A stretch of 64,000 bases of DNA from Octopus vulgaris (Eukaryota). Below, one piece after another: positions 25,901-39,099 of this stretch. The translations under genes were made by a program, and so were the position numbers. The notes under the pieces were generated by a model, which saw nothing but the letters and a program-made list of their open reading frames with translations, made no database searches and was not told the origin of the DNA. The stretch is taken from contig OX597825.1 in the NCBI GenBank assembly GCA_951406725.2, positions 62,372,001 through 62,436,000 of the forward strand, in the 5' to 3' direction. Numbering within the stretch: position 1 is the first letter of the stretch; each line of letters starts with the position of its first letter.

Positions 25901-26669
25901 ATATTTGGCCAAACGGTCACCACTTTTTGTGATCCGTAAGTGTGTCTGGTAGTTGGGCGTGTGATGCTTGGCTAAAATCTTCCAGTATGGATGGTTGGTT
26001 GGTTGATTAATCCAAAAGGAAACAATATAGAGGCAACAGCAGCACTAGAAGTGTGCACAAGAATGCCTCCAAGAAGGCCACATTGTTTGTTTGGTCCGCT
26101 GGCAGATCGAGACAACTTGCTGAGCAACCAGTGTTGACATGAGTGAAAGAACTCTGTGCCAAGAGAGTTTTAAAGTGAAGGAAGAAAACCTCTCTAGTGA
26201 CAAATGGTAACTGTCACACTTTATACAAATGCCAAACTGGAAGCAGAAGGAAATGGTCCATTCTAACCAATCACAGAGAATGACACAAAAGGTGCAACCA
26301 CACAAAGTCAATTGAGCCAACTTTGAAATGAAGAAATGTATATTTGCATGCAAGCCAATATCAGACGCAGAGCTGCTACACTCACTTTGAAATCTCTAAG
26401 CTTTATGTTTGATGTATTCTCAGGTTCATTACATGAGAATAAAAGCCATGTTTGCACTACAATCATATTGAGAAAGTGCAAAATAAGATGGTGGTAACAT
26501 GTTTTGAGGGAACATGGATTTTATAAAGGCTCGACGGTTCATCCAGTAAATCAACCACACAGATAAATTTATTGTATGTGTAAACAATGATTATCAATTT
26601 TCTTTCCTGATAAATGTGTATATCTTATAACTTAAATGACATATTACAGTTTGAATTTTCAGTATTTCA

Positions 26670-27063
26670 TCAGGAGTGGCTGTGTGGTAAGTAGCTTGCT
26701 ATGGTTCCGGGTTCAGTCCCACTGTGTGGCATCTTGGGCAAGTGTCTTCTGCTATAGCCCTGGGCTGACCAATGCCTTGTGAGTGGATTTGGTAGACAGA
26801 AACTGAAAGAAGCCTGTCATATATATGTATATATATATGTGTGTGTGTGTTTGTGTGTCTGTGTTTGTCCCCCTAGCATTGCTTGACAACTGATGCTGGT
26901 GTGTTTGCGTCCCCGTCACTTAGCGGTTCGGCAAAAGAGAACGATAGAATAAGTACTGGGCTTACAAAGAATAAGTCCCGGGGTCGATTTGCTCGACTAA
27001 AGCCGGTGCTCCAGCATGGCTGCAGTCAAATGACTGAAACAAGTAAAAGAGTAGAATAAAGAG
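26670..27063 (+). mobile_element. SINE family A, full length
   Basis: Colinear match to other copies. Confidence 0.9.
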
Positions 27064-27240
27064 TATATCCACACACATTGTTGTTTATAAAAGGAAAGGC
27101 TGATGGTTGTTTTGAGGTTCAGAAAGTAGGTTTCTGCTTTAAAGCCTTGTTTACACTTAGGACTACTATTTAAAAACCAAATTAACCAGTTTTTAAAAAT
27201 TAAAATCATGAATTTCGGTATTTTTGGCTAGGTGGTTTAA

Positions 27241-27462
27241 CCCTTTCGCTACTGTATTTATTTTGAGATGTTCTGCGTTTCTTTCAATTACTTTAAATAT
27301 AACAAAGAATTTAGTAAAATAACTTAGTTATCATTCAGCTTGTATTAGGAACATAAATTGTGACTAAGGTTTGGTGGAAGATTTTAATTCAAAACTTAAG
27401 AAAACAAGACATTTGTACAACAGAGCCAGAGCCGGGTTTCAGCCGGGTTGGTAACAAAAGGG
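27241..27462. mobile_element. piggyBac-type MITE
   Basis: TTAA at 27237-27240 and 27463-27466; TIRs CCCTTTCGCTAC / GTAACAAAAGGG. Confidence 0.8.
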
Positions 27463-27799
27463 TTAACTACACAGTATGCAATTGGGGAATTAAGATGAAA
27501 ATTGCAATTAAATATTTGATGCGAAGCAGGTATAACTTTACCTGCATGAAGGTCAATTTCGCTGATAAAGAAACACATTTTTTTCAGACTCTGTTTTATG
27601 CTTTTAACTTCCTTTCCAGATTGGCAATCGATCACATGTTAATATTCCATAAAACACATCCCAAAACAAAATTGTTCTTCTTTATATATTCAATCTTAGT
27701 TGATAGAATGTATAATGAAGAACAATTCTTCAAGGTACTCTCTACATTGGTAATTAACAGGTAAAACTGGAAGTTATCAGTAAAATGATATACCTTTTA

Positions 27800-28045
27800 C
27801 CTTTTGTATTTTACTTGTTTCAGTCATTTGACTGAGGCCATACTGAGGCACTGCCTTGAAGGGTATATTTCTTTTAGTTGAACGAACCAACCCCCGGAAC
27901 TTGTATTTTTGAACGCCTGTTACTTATTTTATTGCTCTCTTTTGCTGAACTGATAAGTTAAGGGGATGTAAACACACCAACACCAGTTGTCAAGTGGTGG
28001 GGGTGAGGGATAAACACAGACACAAAGACACACACATAGATATAT
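27800..28045 (-). mobile_element. SINE family A, 3' half
   Basis: TTACTTGTTTCAGTCATTTGACTG..ACACACCAACACCAGTTGTCAAG. Confidence 0.8.
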
Positions 28046-28262
28046 ATACCATACATTTAGTGCAATATGTGCTTCCTGATTAGCGTCAGGGCTATTGATA
28101 TACTCTGTTGGATGCAGTTAATTATATACATAACCTGAATATCTTTCTGTCTGTATTTCGGTACCCATGTATGTATTCCTCTATTTTTGTTGTGTACACA
28201 TTTTAGTTTTCGACCTGATACTATTTAAGTACCAGATTCACTTGAATCCTAATCTCTTTATA

Positions 28263-28666
28263 TGGAGTGACTGTGTGGTAAGTACCTTGTCTACCAACCA
28301 CATAGTTCCAGATTCAGTCCCGCAGTGTGGCACTTTGGGCAAGTGTCTTCTACTATAGCCTCAGGCTGACCAAAGCCTTGTGAGTGGATTTTGTAGACGG
28401 AAACTGAAAGAAGCCCATCGTATATATGTATATATATGTGTATGTACGTGTGTGTATATGTTTGTGTGTCTGTGTTTGTCCCCGCCCCAACATCACTTGA
28501 CAACTGATGTTGGTGTGTTTTCATCCCCGTGACTTAGTGGATTCGGCAAAAGAGACCGATAAAATAAGTACCAGGCTTACAAAGAATAAGTCCTGGGGTC
28601 AATTTGTTCAACTAAAGGCAGTGCTCCAGCATGGCCACAGTCAAATGACTGAAACAAGTAAAAGAG
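28263..28666 (+). mobile_element. SINE family A, full length
   Basis: Colinear match to other copies. Confidence 0.9.
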
Positions 28667-28938
28667 CATCCCGTGCCAGTGGCACGTAAAAAGCACCATC
28701 CGACCGTGGCCGTTTGCCAGCCTCGTCTGGCACCTGTGCTGGTGGCACGTAAAAGGCACCCACTACACTCACGGAGTGGTTGGCATTAGGAAGGGCATGC
28801 AGCCGTAGAAACATTGCCAGATCAGACTGGGCCTGATGCAGCCTTCTGGCTTCCCAGACCCCAGTTGAACCGTCCAACCCATGCTAGCATGGAAAGCTGA
28901 CGCTAAACGATGATAATGATGATGATGATGATGATGAT
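28667..28938 (+). mobile_element. RTE LINE 3' fragment with ~1.5 repeat units and (GAT)n tail
   Basis: Highly similar to ~51200-51458. Confidence 0.9.
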
Positions 28939-28949
28939 ATATATATATA

Positions 28950-30120
28950 TTGGGTTGGCAACTAAGTTCCTGCTGCTTTTTTAAATTTTGGGATTTATTG
29001 CATTTTTAAATTTTGGAATCTAGTTTTTGGAATTCTATTTTTGAATCATTTTGGAATTTATTTTGTTTTTTCTAGTTAATTTTTGTTTATTTTCAGATCA
29101 TTAAAATGGAATGTCAAGTTAAGAAAAATGAGCATTTTTGACACCTCCTTCTTTTTGCTTTTAATCAAGGTTTTAAGGCTTCAAAAGCTGCTTGCGACAT
29201 TTGTGTTGTGTATGCAGAGGGTTTCATAGCTGTAAGAACCGCTCGTGATTGATATGCTAAGTTCAAAAATGGAAAGTTTGACCTCAAAGACGCTCCTTGT
29301 TCTAGCCATCCAGTTGAGTTCGATGAAGAGTGATTAAACCAACTTTTGCATGAAAATTCTCGTCAAATGACAAGGGAACTGGCAGAGAAAATGGAATGCT
29401 CCCACACGTCTATAGAGAAGCATCTTCACTTGATGCGAAAGGTTCAGAAGTATGGAGCCTAGGTTCTGCATGCTTTAAGTGACAACAACAAAAATCAACA
29501 AGCCACAATCTCCACTGGTTTGCTTGCTCATCACCACCCAACTCATGGACAGAAACAATGATTTCTTTAGCGAATCGTTACCGGCAATGGAAAATGGTAC
29601 TTGTACATCAATATGAAGCAGTGTAAGGAATGGCTTAGCCCCGATTAACCAGCGGCACCCCGATAAACATGCTTTATCAGCATAAAACGATGTTGTGCGT
29701 ATAGTTGGAATGGGAAGGGATTATCCAATACGAATTTCTTGAACAGAACCAAATGGTCGATCCAGAACTCTATGTTCAACAGATGGAATGACTCAACATC
29801 GCTATTCAAGAGAAAAGACCTAATCGGCAGCATGGAGTTCTTCTGCTGCATGACAACGCCCACACTCATATTGTCAATATGACCAAGGAAACCATTCAAA
29901 CAAATGGCTGGGAAGTGCTGCCACACCCACCATACACTCCTGATTTGGAACCAATGGATTTCCACCTCCTTCGATCTCTTTCAATTGCTATGCTCAGAGT
30001 TTGTTCAATACTGATGCAGAATTGAGAGCTTGGTTAGATCAATTTTACGAGTCAAAATTGGGTGATTTCTACCAACAAAATATTGAAAATCTTGTTGAAT
30101 GTTGGGAAGAAGTTGTAAGC
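28950..30120 (+). mobile_element. Mariner transposon (mellifera-subfamily-like), transposase pseudogene from 29106
   Basis: TA + TIR TTGGGTTGGCAACTAAGT; MECQVKKNEHF..LLLFAFNQG..RIVTG..LLHDNAHTH..WEVLPHPPYTPDLEPMDFHL; stops and frameshifts. Confidence 0.9.
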
Positions 30121-30159
30121 CAATTAGTTGTTATTTTCTAATAAAACATTTTTAAAAAT

Positions 30160-30314
30160 TTACTCTCCTTGTTTCTGTCTGTGTTCCTTTCTGTGGAAGA
30201 GTGTAGGTTGGAAATGTTAAAGACTTTTTCACTTTCCGAGTATCTAACTAATGCATCTGTTTGTTGTCTACACCACCTGTCTTCATCTTTTGTTTTTTTG
30301 TGAATTCTCCCCCC

Positions 30315-30315
<1 letters not shown>
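30160..30315 (+). mobile_element. PLE terminal fragment with decayed hammerhead relic (30187-30222)
   Basis: cttt-CTGTGGAA-gagtgtaggttg-GAAA-tg-TT-aaag followed by (TA)n; homologous to 7085-7242. Confidence 0.5.
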
Positions 30316-30379
<64 letters not shown>

Positions 30380-30399
30380 ACATATGCATATACATATAT

Positions 30400-30722
30400 C
30401 ATGGTTACGATGATGAGGGTTCCAGTCAATCCAATCAATGGAACAGCCTGTTCATGAAATTAACATGGAGGTGGCTGAGCACTCCACAGACACGTGCACC
30501 CTTAATATAGTTCTCGGGGAGATTCAGCATGACACAGTGTGTGACAAGGCTGGCCCCTTGAAATACAGGAACAACAGAAACAGGAAGAAAAAGTGAGGGA
30601 AAGTTGTGGTAAAGGAGTACAGTAGGGTTTGCCACTACCCACTGCCAGAGCCTTGTGGAGCTTTAGGTGTTTTTGCTCAATAAAACACACACAATGCCCA
30701 GTCTGGGAATCAAAACCATGAT
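30400..30722 (-). mobile_element. SINE with family D-like middle and family C 3' region
   Basis: 30400-30565 matches the 35372/41107 family; 30580-30720 matches family D. Confidence 0.75.
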
Positions 30723-30778
30723 TCTATGATTCTACATATATATATATATGTATATATATATGTATATATATATATGTG

Positions 30779-30811
<33 letters not shown>

Positions 30812-31014
30812 ATGTATATATATATATATATATATATAATATAAATAATATATAAATATATGTATATATACATGCATATATGGATACAGGTCATAAAAAT
30901 AATGATGATAGAAACGAACTTTTTTTCGAACAACGAGGAAATCAAACAGAGAAACGAGATATACAACATAAAGACTATATATATATATGTATATACATAC
31001 ATACATACATACAT

Positions 31015-31180
31015 ATATATGATGAGCTTCTTTCAGTTTCTGTCTACCAAATTCACTCACAAGGCTTTGGTCAGCTCAAGACTATAGTAGGAGACACTTG
31101 CCCAAGTTGTCACACAGTAGGACTGAACCCAGAACCATGTGGTTGGAAAGCAAGCTCCATACTATACAGCCATGCCTACG
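31015..31180 (-). mobile_element. SINE family A, 5' half
   Basis: Reverse match to SINE A head. Confidence 0.85.
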
Positions 31181-32549
31181 CCCATAGTTCAACTTTTGTG
31201 AGTATGAAGAGTATTCTCATGTTGGATTTCAGGCGTCAATAACCACAGAATTAAACTTGATTATCTTTAGATATATAAACTGTCTAATAACATCGTATAT
31301 CTCAATTTCTCATCAAAGAGCTAACATATCCTAATATGCTAATAATGGGATGAAAGCGATACTGTTGTCCATAAAATGCTATTTAATTATGCATCTATCA
31401 ATAATTAGCAAGTGATTGGATAAATAATTGAAATTCCCTTTCCAGTGAGATTGTTTTTCATTTTCTTTGAGATAAACAGAAAATTTTGTCTTCGCTAATA
31501 TCCCAATTAATGCTCTAACCTTGGAATGATACAGATGTTTGATTTTAGCGTTAATCAAAAGAAATGAATTGAATATTTTGTGGCATAGTAAATGAGTAAG
31601 TCAGGTGTGCCAATCATGTAAAAACTTATGGGACCTGTGGAAATTCCACAGAATGAAAAGTGTTTTAAAAAAGAAAGGATAATTTTCATTGCTTTTTTGC
31701 TAAATTATTTCATTTCTAGTCACGATAAGATATATGATTTTAAAATTTCCTTCTGCTAAGCACTTTATATTTTTCTCTTTCTCCCTGTCACTTCAAACAA
31801 TTTAACTGTGTAATTTTCCTCTTTCTCTCTACCAATTTAACAAACATTTTTAACTATGTAGTTCTCCTCTTCTTATCTGTAAAATATCTCTCTTTCTCTC
31901 TACCACTTCAACAAAAATTTTAACCATTTAATTCCCCTCTTCATGTCTGTAACATTTCTCTCTTTCCCTTGACCTTCCCTCCCCACCCTACTACATGCCA
32001 TCAACACTCCTTTCTCCCACTTTTTCTCTCACTTTTCACCTATCCATTCAACTAACCATGTGATACATTTGGCCTTAGTGTATTATTATACTCCTCACTT
32101 CTTTTCTATCCACCCACATTTCTCCCCACCTCTCTTACTTTTACTCCATCTCTCACTCACTCATATGTGAGTGTATTTGTGCATATACAGATAAACGTAT
32201 ATATGTATGTTGTATTTTGGGAGGGTCATTTTTTTTTACTAAATAAGCACATGCACTATATATTTACTCTTCACTCATTTGTTACTCTTCTTATTTTAAC
32301 TCATATCCATTGTTCAGAAATCTTTCATCACACATCTGTGACCTCTTCACAGATACTATCTATCTTCATGTGTGCTCCTACTCCACTTAGTCCATTCAAT
32401 ATATATATATATATAGATATAGATATGTACATATATATAGATATAGATATGTACACATATATATATATATATATATACACACACATATATATATATATAT
32501 GTGTGTATATATATATATATATATACACACATATATATATGTAAATATA

Positions 32550-32929
32550 GGTGCAGGTGTGGCTGTGTGGTAAGTAGTTTGCTTACCAACCACATGGCTC
32601 CGGGTTCATTCCCACTGCGTGGCACCTTGGGCAGGTGTCTTCTACTATAGCCTCGAGCTGACCAAAGCCTTGTGAGTGGAAACTGAAAGAAGCTTGTCGT
32701 ATATATATATATACATGTGTCTATATGTTTGTGTGTTTGTGTTTGTCCCCCTTCTATCGCCCGACAACCGATGGTTGTGTGTTTACTTCCCTGTATCTTA
32801 GCAGTTTGCCAAAATAGACAGATAGAATAAGTACTAGGCTTCCAAAGAATAAGTCCTCGGGTCGATTTGCTCGACTAAAGGTGGCGCTCCAGTATGGCCT
32901 CAGTCAAATGACTGAAACAAGTGAAGAGT
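32550..32929 (+). mobile_element. SINE family A, full length
   Basis: Colinear match to other copies. Confidence 0.9.
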
Positions 32930-32953
32930 ATATGCTCACACACACACACACAT

Positions 32954-33005
<52 letters not shown>

Positions 33006-33399
33006 GTAGATATATACACACATACACATATAAGTGTGTGTGTATGTGTATGGATGTGTGCACATGTGTGTGTTTGTATGTCTCTTTTACATCTGCACTT
33101 CTTCGAAAATTGCTTAACTAGAAGCAGCTTTGTTGTTGCCATTTTCTTTGTCAATAAATGATCTGCTGGACTTAGATATTCAAAGACACATAGAATACAA
33201 GATCCTTTACTTGAAAAGCAGTAAACCATTTCCTTAAATGAAGAACAAATGACTAAAACAATGTCTCAATAATATATTTGTATGAGCCATGCTGGCATGG
33301 AGAATCACGCTCAAATGTGAATGACTGAAGAACAATGAATGCTTTCATGAGACCTATATTAAATATGGTAGAATTTTGGATTTGTTTATGTGATTCTAA

Positions 33400-33784
33400 T
33401 CTTTATATATAAAAGAGAGGTTGTGTGTCTGTCTCCTACGATTTAGATTCTTAACTACTCCCACATTTTGCGGTGCAGTTTAACCAAAACCGGGTACCTT
33501 ATAGTCGTGATTCATATCAAGCCCTTCTGGGTATTAGCGCGCATCTGCGATGAGTCTACGATTTAAAAAAAAATTTACCATCATTTTTTTCCATTTTAAT
33601 GCATTTTTTCGCTATTATATAAGGGAAGTAACTCTCTAAAAATGTCTACGATGAGTCAACGATTTTAAAAAATATTTTCCCATTTTTAATGCATTTTTTT
33701 GCTATTTTTTGGCTATAACTCTCTAAAAATGCTTATATAGTTATTTCCCTTACAAACCCAAGCATCGCCGGGCGATACTGCTAG
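33400..33784 (+). mobile_element. Non-autonomous Helitron
   Basis: A|TCTTTATATATAAAA..GCATCGCCGGGCGATACTG-CTAG|T; subterminal hairpin, no TSD. Confidence 0.85.
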
Positions 33785-33795
33785 TAGTATCTGAA

Positions 33796-34062
33796 CATTC
33801 ACAAAGTTGTAGTAAAGATTATTTGCCAACATAACATGGCAGTCCTGGTTTAGGACGAATGTTGCTGTAATTTAGCCCCAGAAGACATCATCTCCAGCAG
33901 GCTATACAACACAATCTGTGTCCTTATAAATTACAGTAACATTCATCCTAAACCAGGACTGCCATGTTATGTTGGCAGACGATCTTTACTACAAAGTACT
34001 GATGCTGAATATCTTACATTGTGAGATTTAAAAATAGTAATTTTTCTCATTCACAAAGTTGT
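33796..34062. repeat. 68 bp inverted repeat insertion flanked by a 15 bp direct repeat
   Basis: Arms 33807-33874 and 33927-33994; CATTCACAAAGTTGT at 33796-33810 and 34048-34062. Confidence 0.85.
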
Positions 34063-35371
34063 CCCCCACTAGTTTTTCAAAATTATCATCAGCAGCACGA
34101 TTAACATCTGGAGCCTGTGCTGGCATGGGATGAATGACTTGAAAGCATCTAACAAATCCTTGGACTGCATTATGCACGAGTTTCTATAGCTGGATGCTCT
34201 TCCTGCTGCCAACTAATAAGCAGACTGTACTGGTTCATTTCTCATGGAACATATATGAATGATTATCATCTTGTAACTTGCCTGACTAAGGGTCGAAATT
34301 TTTTCCCATAACTAAAGAAGACAAGAGGAGAGAAATGAGAATGATTCTAGGCAGAGAGATGAGGGGTAGTAAGAAATAAGAGAGGATGGGAGCAGATGAC
34401 ATGGAAGAGGAGAGAGAGAATGGAATAGCAACAGGTTTGAGAAAAAAAGGAAGAAAGGAGTTAAAATTATAGAAACAAAAGAAAGGAAAATAATATCTGT
34501 CATGGATTCCCTTCGTTTTTCCCAAACTTGAAAATTAGTTTTAGTTATCAATTTTATGCTCATGACATTGAATATGATAATGAATATATCATTAAATGTG
34601 TCATTAAAAATATCATTGAATATCTCGTTAACTATGTTATCACCAACTTAACAAATATTTGATCTCTTGATGAAAGGCATGGATGTAGCATTTTACAGTA
34701 AATAAAACAGTTAATTATCATTGTCCTCCTCAACATTATCCTCACCATCACTGCCACCACCACCATCACCACCGCCGCCATCGCCACCACCATTATCATG
34801 GATAATCAGAAATGAATGACACCACTTATATAACTGTGGCACTTGTTTACTACTATCATGGGATATCAAAGCAAAGGAGCACGTGCACACAAACACACAT
34901 ACACACACACTATGACTAGCAGGTTAATAAGTCAAACACTCCCTCCAAACTAATAGTTGGTGCCCTTAAATTCCACTGAGGTTGACTTTGCCGTTCATCT
35001 CTTTGGGATCGATATAATAAGCACCAGTTGATTACTTGAGATAATGTAATTGACTTACCCCTCTCCCAAAGTTGCTGACCTTCTACCAAAATTTGAGAGC
35101 AACATTTGATACTCTCACCAGATACTTGGCTGCTTTTAACAAAGATCCTTTTCTTGCAGCCTTCCAGGTCCCTCTTAGAGTCCTTTTTACCTATATTTTA
35201 TTTCTTTATTGCCCACAGGGGACTAAACATAGAGGGGACAAACAAAGACAAACAAAAAGATTAAGTTTATTACATTGACCCCAGTACATAACCAACCCCA
35301 AAAGCATTCACTTGCTCAGGTTCAATCTTGGCATCAGTTGTCTCAATGTCTTCTCCAATATATAAGCAGCG

Positions 35372-35695
35372 TGAAGGCACGTGGCTTAATGGTTAGGGTA
35401 TATGACTCACGATCATAAGTTCATGAGTTCAATTCCTGGCAATGCATTATGTTTTTTAGCAAGACATTTTATTTCACATTGCTCCAGTTCACTCGGCTGG
35501 CAAAAATGAGTAGTACCTGTATTTCAAAGGGGCCAGCTTTGTCCCTCTCTGTATCATGTTGAATCTCGCTGAGAACTATGTTAAGGGCACACATGTCTGT
35601 GGAATACTCAGCTACTTGCATGTTAATTTCTTGAGGAGGCTGTTCCACTTTATGGATCAACTGGAACCCTCATTACCATAAGCATCGAAGTGCCA
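35372..35695 (+). mobile_element. tRNA-derived SINE, family C
   Basis: GAAGGCACGTGGCTTAATGGTTAGGG..GAGTTCAATTCC..AGCAAGACATTTTATTTCAC; homologous to 41107-41430. Confidence 0.85.
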
Positions 35696-36667
35696 CAGCA
35701 CAGAAGTAGTAGTGTAGCTGGCAAGGGGGCAGAGGACAGTTCACATAGGGCAATGCTTTTATAGGGACAGGAATTTAGGGTCTTGTGTATAATCATGTAT
35801 GGTTGCATAGCTAAGGCTGGGGCTTCAAATTTAGAGGCTGTCCTAGGTGGTTCACACTTTTAGTATTCCACTGTATAAAATGGCCTGCAAATCTCATAAA
35901 CATTGTCTTTTCTCCCTCAATTAATTTAACATTAAACAAATGTCTGTCAGTCTATAATTGTGTTGATTTATTTCTGATAATCGCTGCAATAACAAACAGC
36001 AAAATTTTATTAAAAAAAATAAAATCATTTGTTTAGAATAGCTTGCATAATCAAATGCAGTAAAATAAGAGCTAATTGATTCACCAATAATTATGTAATA
36101 TTTTTCATTCATACCAAGCAAACTTATGTTACAGCAATGTGAAAGTTAATATATCAGAGCACAGCTATACAGGAAATAAGTTATATGTGTGTGTTATTGA
36201 TAGACAGCCTAAATGGTTTTTTGTATGTTAGATTTGCATTTATTTATGGAGCAGTTTAATAACTGCTCAGTTGCAGTTGGAAAATCTGATATTAGCATTT
36301 TTCTATAAATTTTTTGAAGATTTTGTGAGAATTCACAAAGATTTTAGAAAATAATCTGTTATTAAGAGAGGGGAAAATGTAAACTTCTATAAGGAATTAT
36401 TTCATAACTGATGAGTAATTACTTTTTTATTACTGTTCAGATTCATGTCAGACTGGTTGAATATGAAAATCTAAATAATTGCGTATTTTGTCAATGCGAA
36501 GATCTCGATGTGAAGTAGCAAAGGTGATAGAGCACTGGATATAATACCAGTATTTGCTTTTATTCTCTGTGTTCAAATCATACCAAGCTCAACTTCACTT
36601 TTTTACTCTTTCAGGGCCTGTAAAAAAATAGTACTAATCTAGGGAGGTGGTTTAGCAGAATTGTTGG

Positions 36668-37247
36668 AGCTGGCATGCCGGGCGAAATGCTTAGCGGTAT
36701 TTTGTCTTTCGTTACATTTTGAGTTCAAATTCTGCCGAGGTCGACTTTGCCTTTCATCCTTTCGGGGTCGATTAAATAAGTACCAGTTATGTACTGGGGT
36801 CGATATAATCAACTTAATCCGTTTGTCTGTCCTTGTTTGTCCCTTCTGTGTTTAGCCCCTTGTGGGTAGTAAAGAAATAGGTATTTCGTCTGTTGTTACA
36901 TTTTGAGTTCAAATTCTGCCGAGGTCGACTTTGCCTTTCATCCTTTCGGGGTCGATTAAATAAGTACCAGTTATGTACTGGGGTCGATATAATCAACTTA
37001 ATCCGTTTGTCTGTCCTTGTTTGTCCCCTCTGTGTTTAGCTCCTTGTGGGTAGTAAAGAAATAGGTATTTCGTCTGCCGTTACATTTTGGCTTCAAATTC
37101 TGCCGAGGTTGACTTTGCCTTTCATCCTTTCGGGGTCAATAAATTAAGTACCAGTTACGCACTGGGGTCGATGTAATCGATTTAATCCCTTTGTCTGTTC
37201 TTGTTCGTCCCCTCTATGTTTAGCCCCCGGTGGACAATAAAGAAATA
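36668..37247 (+). mobile_element. SINE family B head plus three tandem 184 bp bodies, flanked by an 11 bp TSD
   Basis: Units start GGTATTT at 36696, 36880 and 37064; AGAATTGTTGG at 36657-36667 and 37248-37258. Confidence 0.9.
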
Positions 37248-38250
37248 AGAATTGTTGGCGTACTAAAACAGATTCCTTGTGCTAGCTACCCTGGCTCTCT
37301 GTCTCCTGAGTTCAAATTCCACCCAGTCTGCAAAAATCAATATCACTTTTATGAGGGGTTATAGTCAATAGATAGTATCAACAATTCTAAAAATCAATGG
37401 CGTTCTTTATTTTGATCTGACCAACTGCCCCAATGCAACCGTCACTGCAGATAGAATAACAATTGATTTCACAAGAAGTAATGACATTTTATTCTTCATC
37501 TAAATCGAAAAAGATCAGTAAGGGAACCTATAAGCAGTCACTCAACTTGCTAGAAATAACAACCATATACCACTCAAATCACTCTCCACTGTCTTTGTAA
37601 AACAGACAGCCACATTCTATCAATTATGCAGGTCTCCATACACTCTAAGACGAACAAAGCTAGATTGACAAAATGAATTAGACAGTCTACATTTAAATGA
37701 CATCTTAAAATCCTATCCAATTAAATAACATTATATACACAATTTCTACAATTCAAGGAGTGTAGACAGCTAAGTTAATAACATAGTGGACATCTAACTA
37801 AGTGGTTAGTAGAAATCAGCATATTCTTGCCACTGTAATGTACCAATTTCAGACGTTTTTAACTATTGAATCTACAAAGACAATGATAGATTGGCAGAAA
37901 ATGTACAGCATTGCACTGAATAAGAAAGAATATCTAAGTATTTACTTCTCTCATTCCTACACTTGAACTCTCTCTCTCTCTTTAACACACACACACACAT
38001 ATGTAGATACTTTCCACACCCATACACACATACACACACATACACACATATATATATATAGAGAGATAGAAAGATATATATCTATATCTATATATATACA
38101 TATAACAGGGATGATCACTATGTGGACATCCATTATGCAAGAAGTAGATCCACTTTGGTCTTACCTCTAAGAAAGGAATGTTCTCAAGAAATTTAGCAAA
38201 TGCCAGAATGTAAGTGAGAAAAACAAATGAAAAGAAACAAAATATAGATT

Positions 38251-38323
38251 AATCATAAACTAGTTTCACTATTAACACTTATGCAAAATTACTTACGTAA
38301 TTGTCCGTAGCTCTTCAGTGATT
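38251..38323 (-). ncRNA. Degenerate minimal hammerhead motif in a PLE-like fragment (38105-38340)
   Basis: aatca-CTGAAGA-gcta..tagt-GAAA-ctag (palindrome)-ttta-tgatt; two extra nt near the cleavage site. Confidence 0.55.
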
Positions 38324-38346
38324 TTTCTTTCATTCTGCACATCATC

Positions 38347-38528
38347 ATGGTGCAACTTCAAAAGTTTTTCGGTGAACGGATTATTTCGAAGCGACTTTGG
38401 TCACCAAGATCACCTGATTTAACACCATCAGACTTTTTTTTCTGGGGAGCAAGTATAGGGTCAGTGTATAAGTATCAGCCAAAACCCATTAAATATTTAC
38501 TGCGGAGAGACTTTTTGAACACCTTGTA
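38347..38528 (+). mobile_element. Tc1/mariner-superfamily transposase 3' remnant and TIR
   Basis: FFGERIISKRLWSPRSPDLTPSDFFFWG; ends GAGACTTTTTGAACACCTTG-TA. Confidence 0.75.
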
Positions 38529-39099
38529 TTAGGCTTGCTTCTTCTTCCCCATCCATTCCTGCGACCAACCCAGCAACATGTTATGTCTTTTCATCTCTCT
38601 TACCTCCCTCTGATTAGTTTATCGTGTATACTTTACCATTCTGCTGTTCCACATTATCTAACATCCCCTACCTCCCCACTCACTCTTGGACTCCACTGCT
38701 TCACCTATTCACACCTTGAAAGTAACCTCTGAAATGTCTGGAGCAGAATATTCAGCAATGACCTATAGTGATTTGCTGGAATGGTGCACACATGATCAGC
38801 AAATCTGGTCAATTGTAATTTCACCTAGAAAGTATATTACCTATAGGATATGATATAAAAACCTGACCACAACTTCATGTGGAATAGTCTCCAGCAATCA
38901 TATCAGTTTTTGAGGCATTCCTTTCTGAGCCTCTCAATCAGTATAAAGTGACACACACATATGACCACCACCCAGAGAGCTTTGAAATGTAACAGAGAGA
39001 GCATTAGAGACTAGGCAGATGGATGGTGAACAGACACAGGAAGTGACTGAACTGAGCTAATATCATCATAACAAACTATCCACAACAACACATTTGTTG

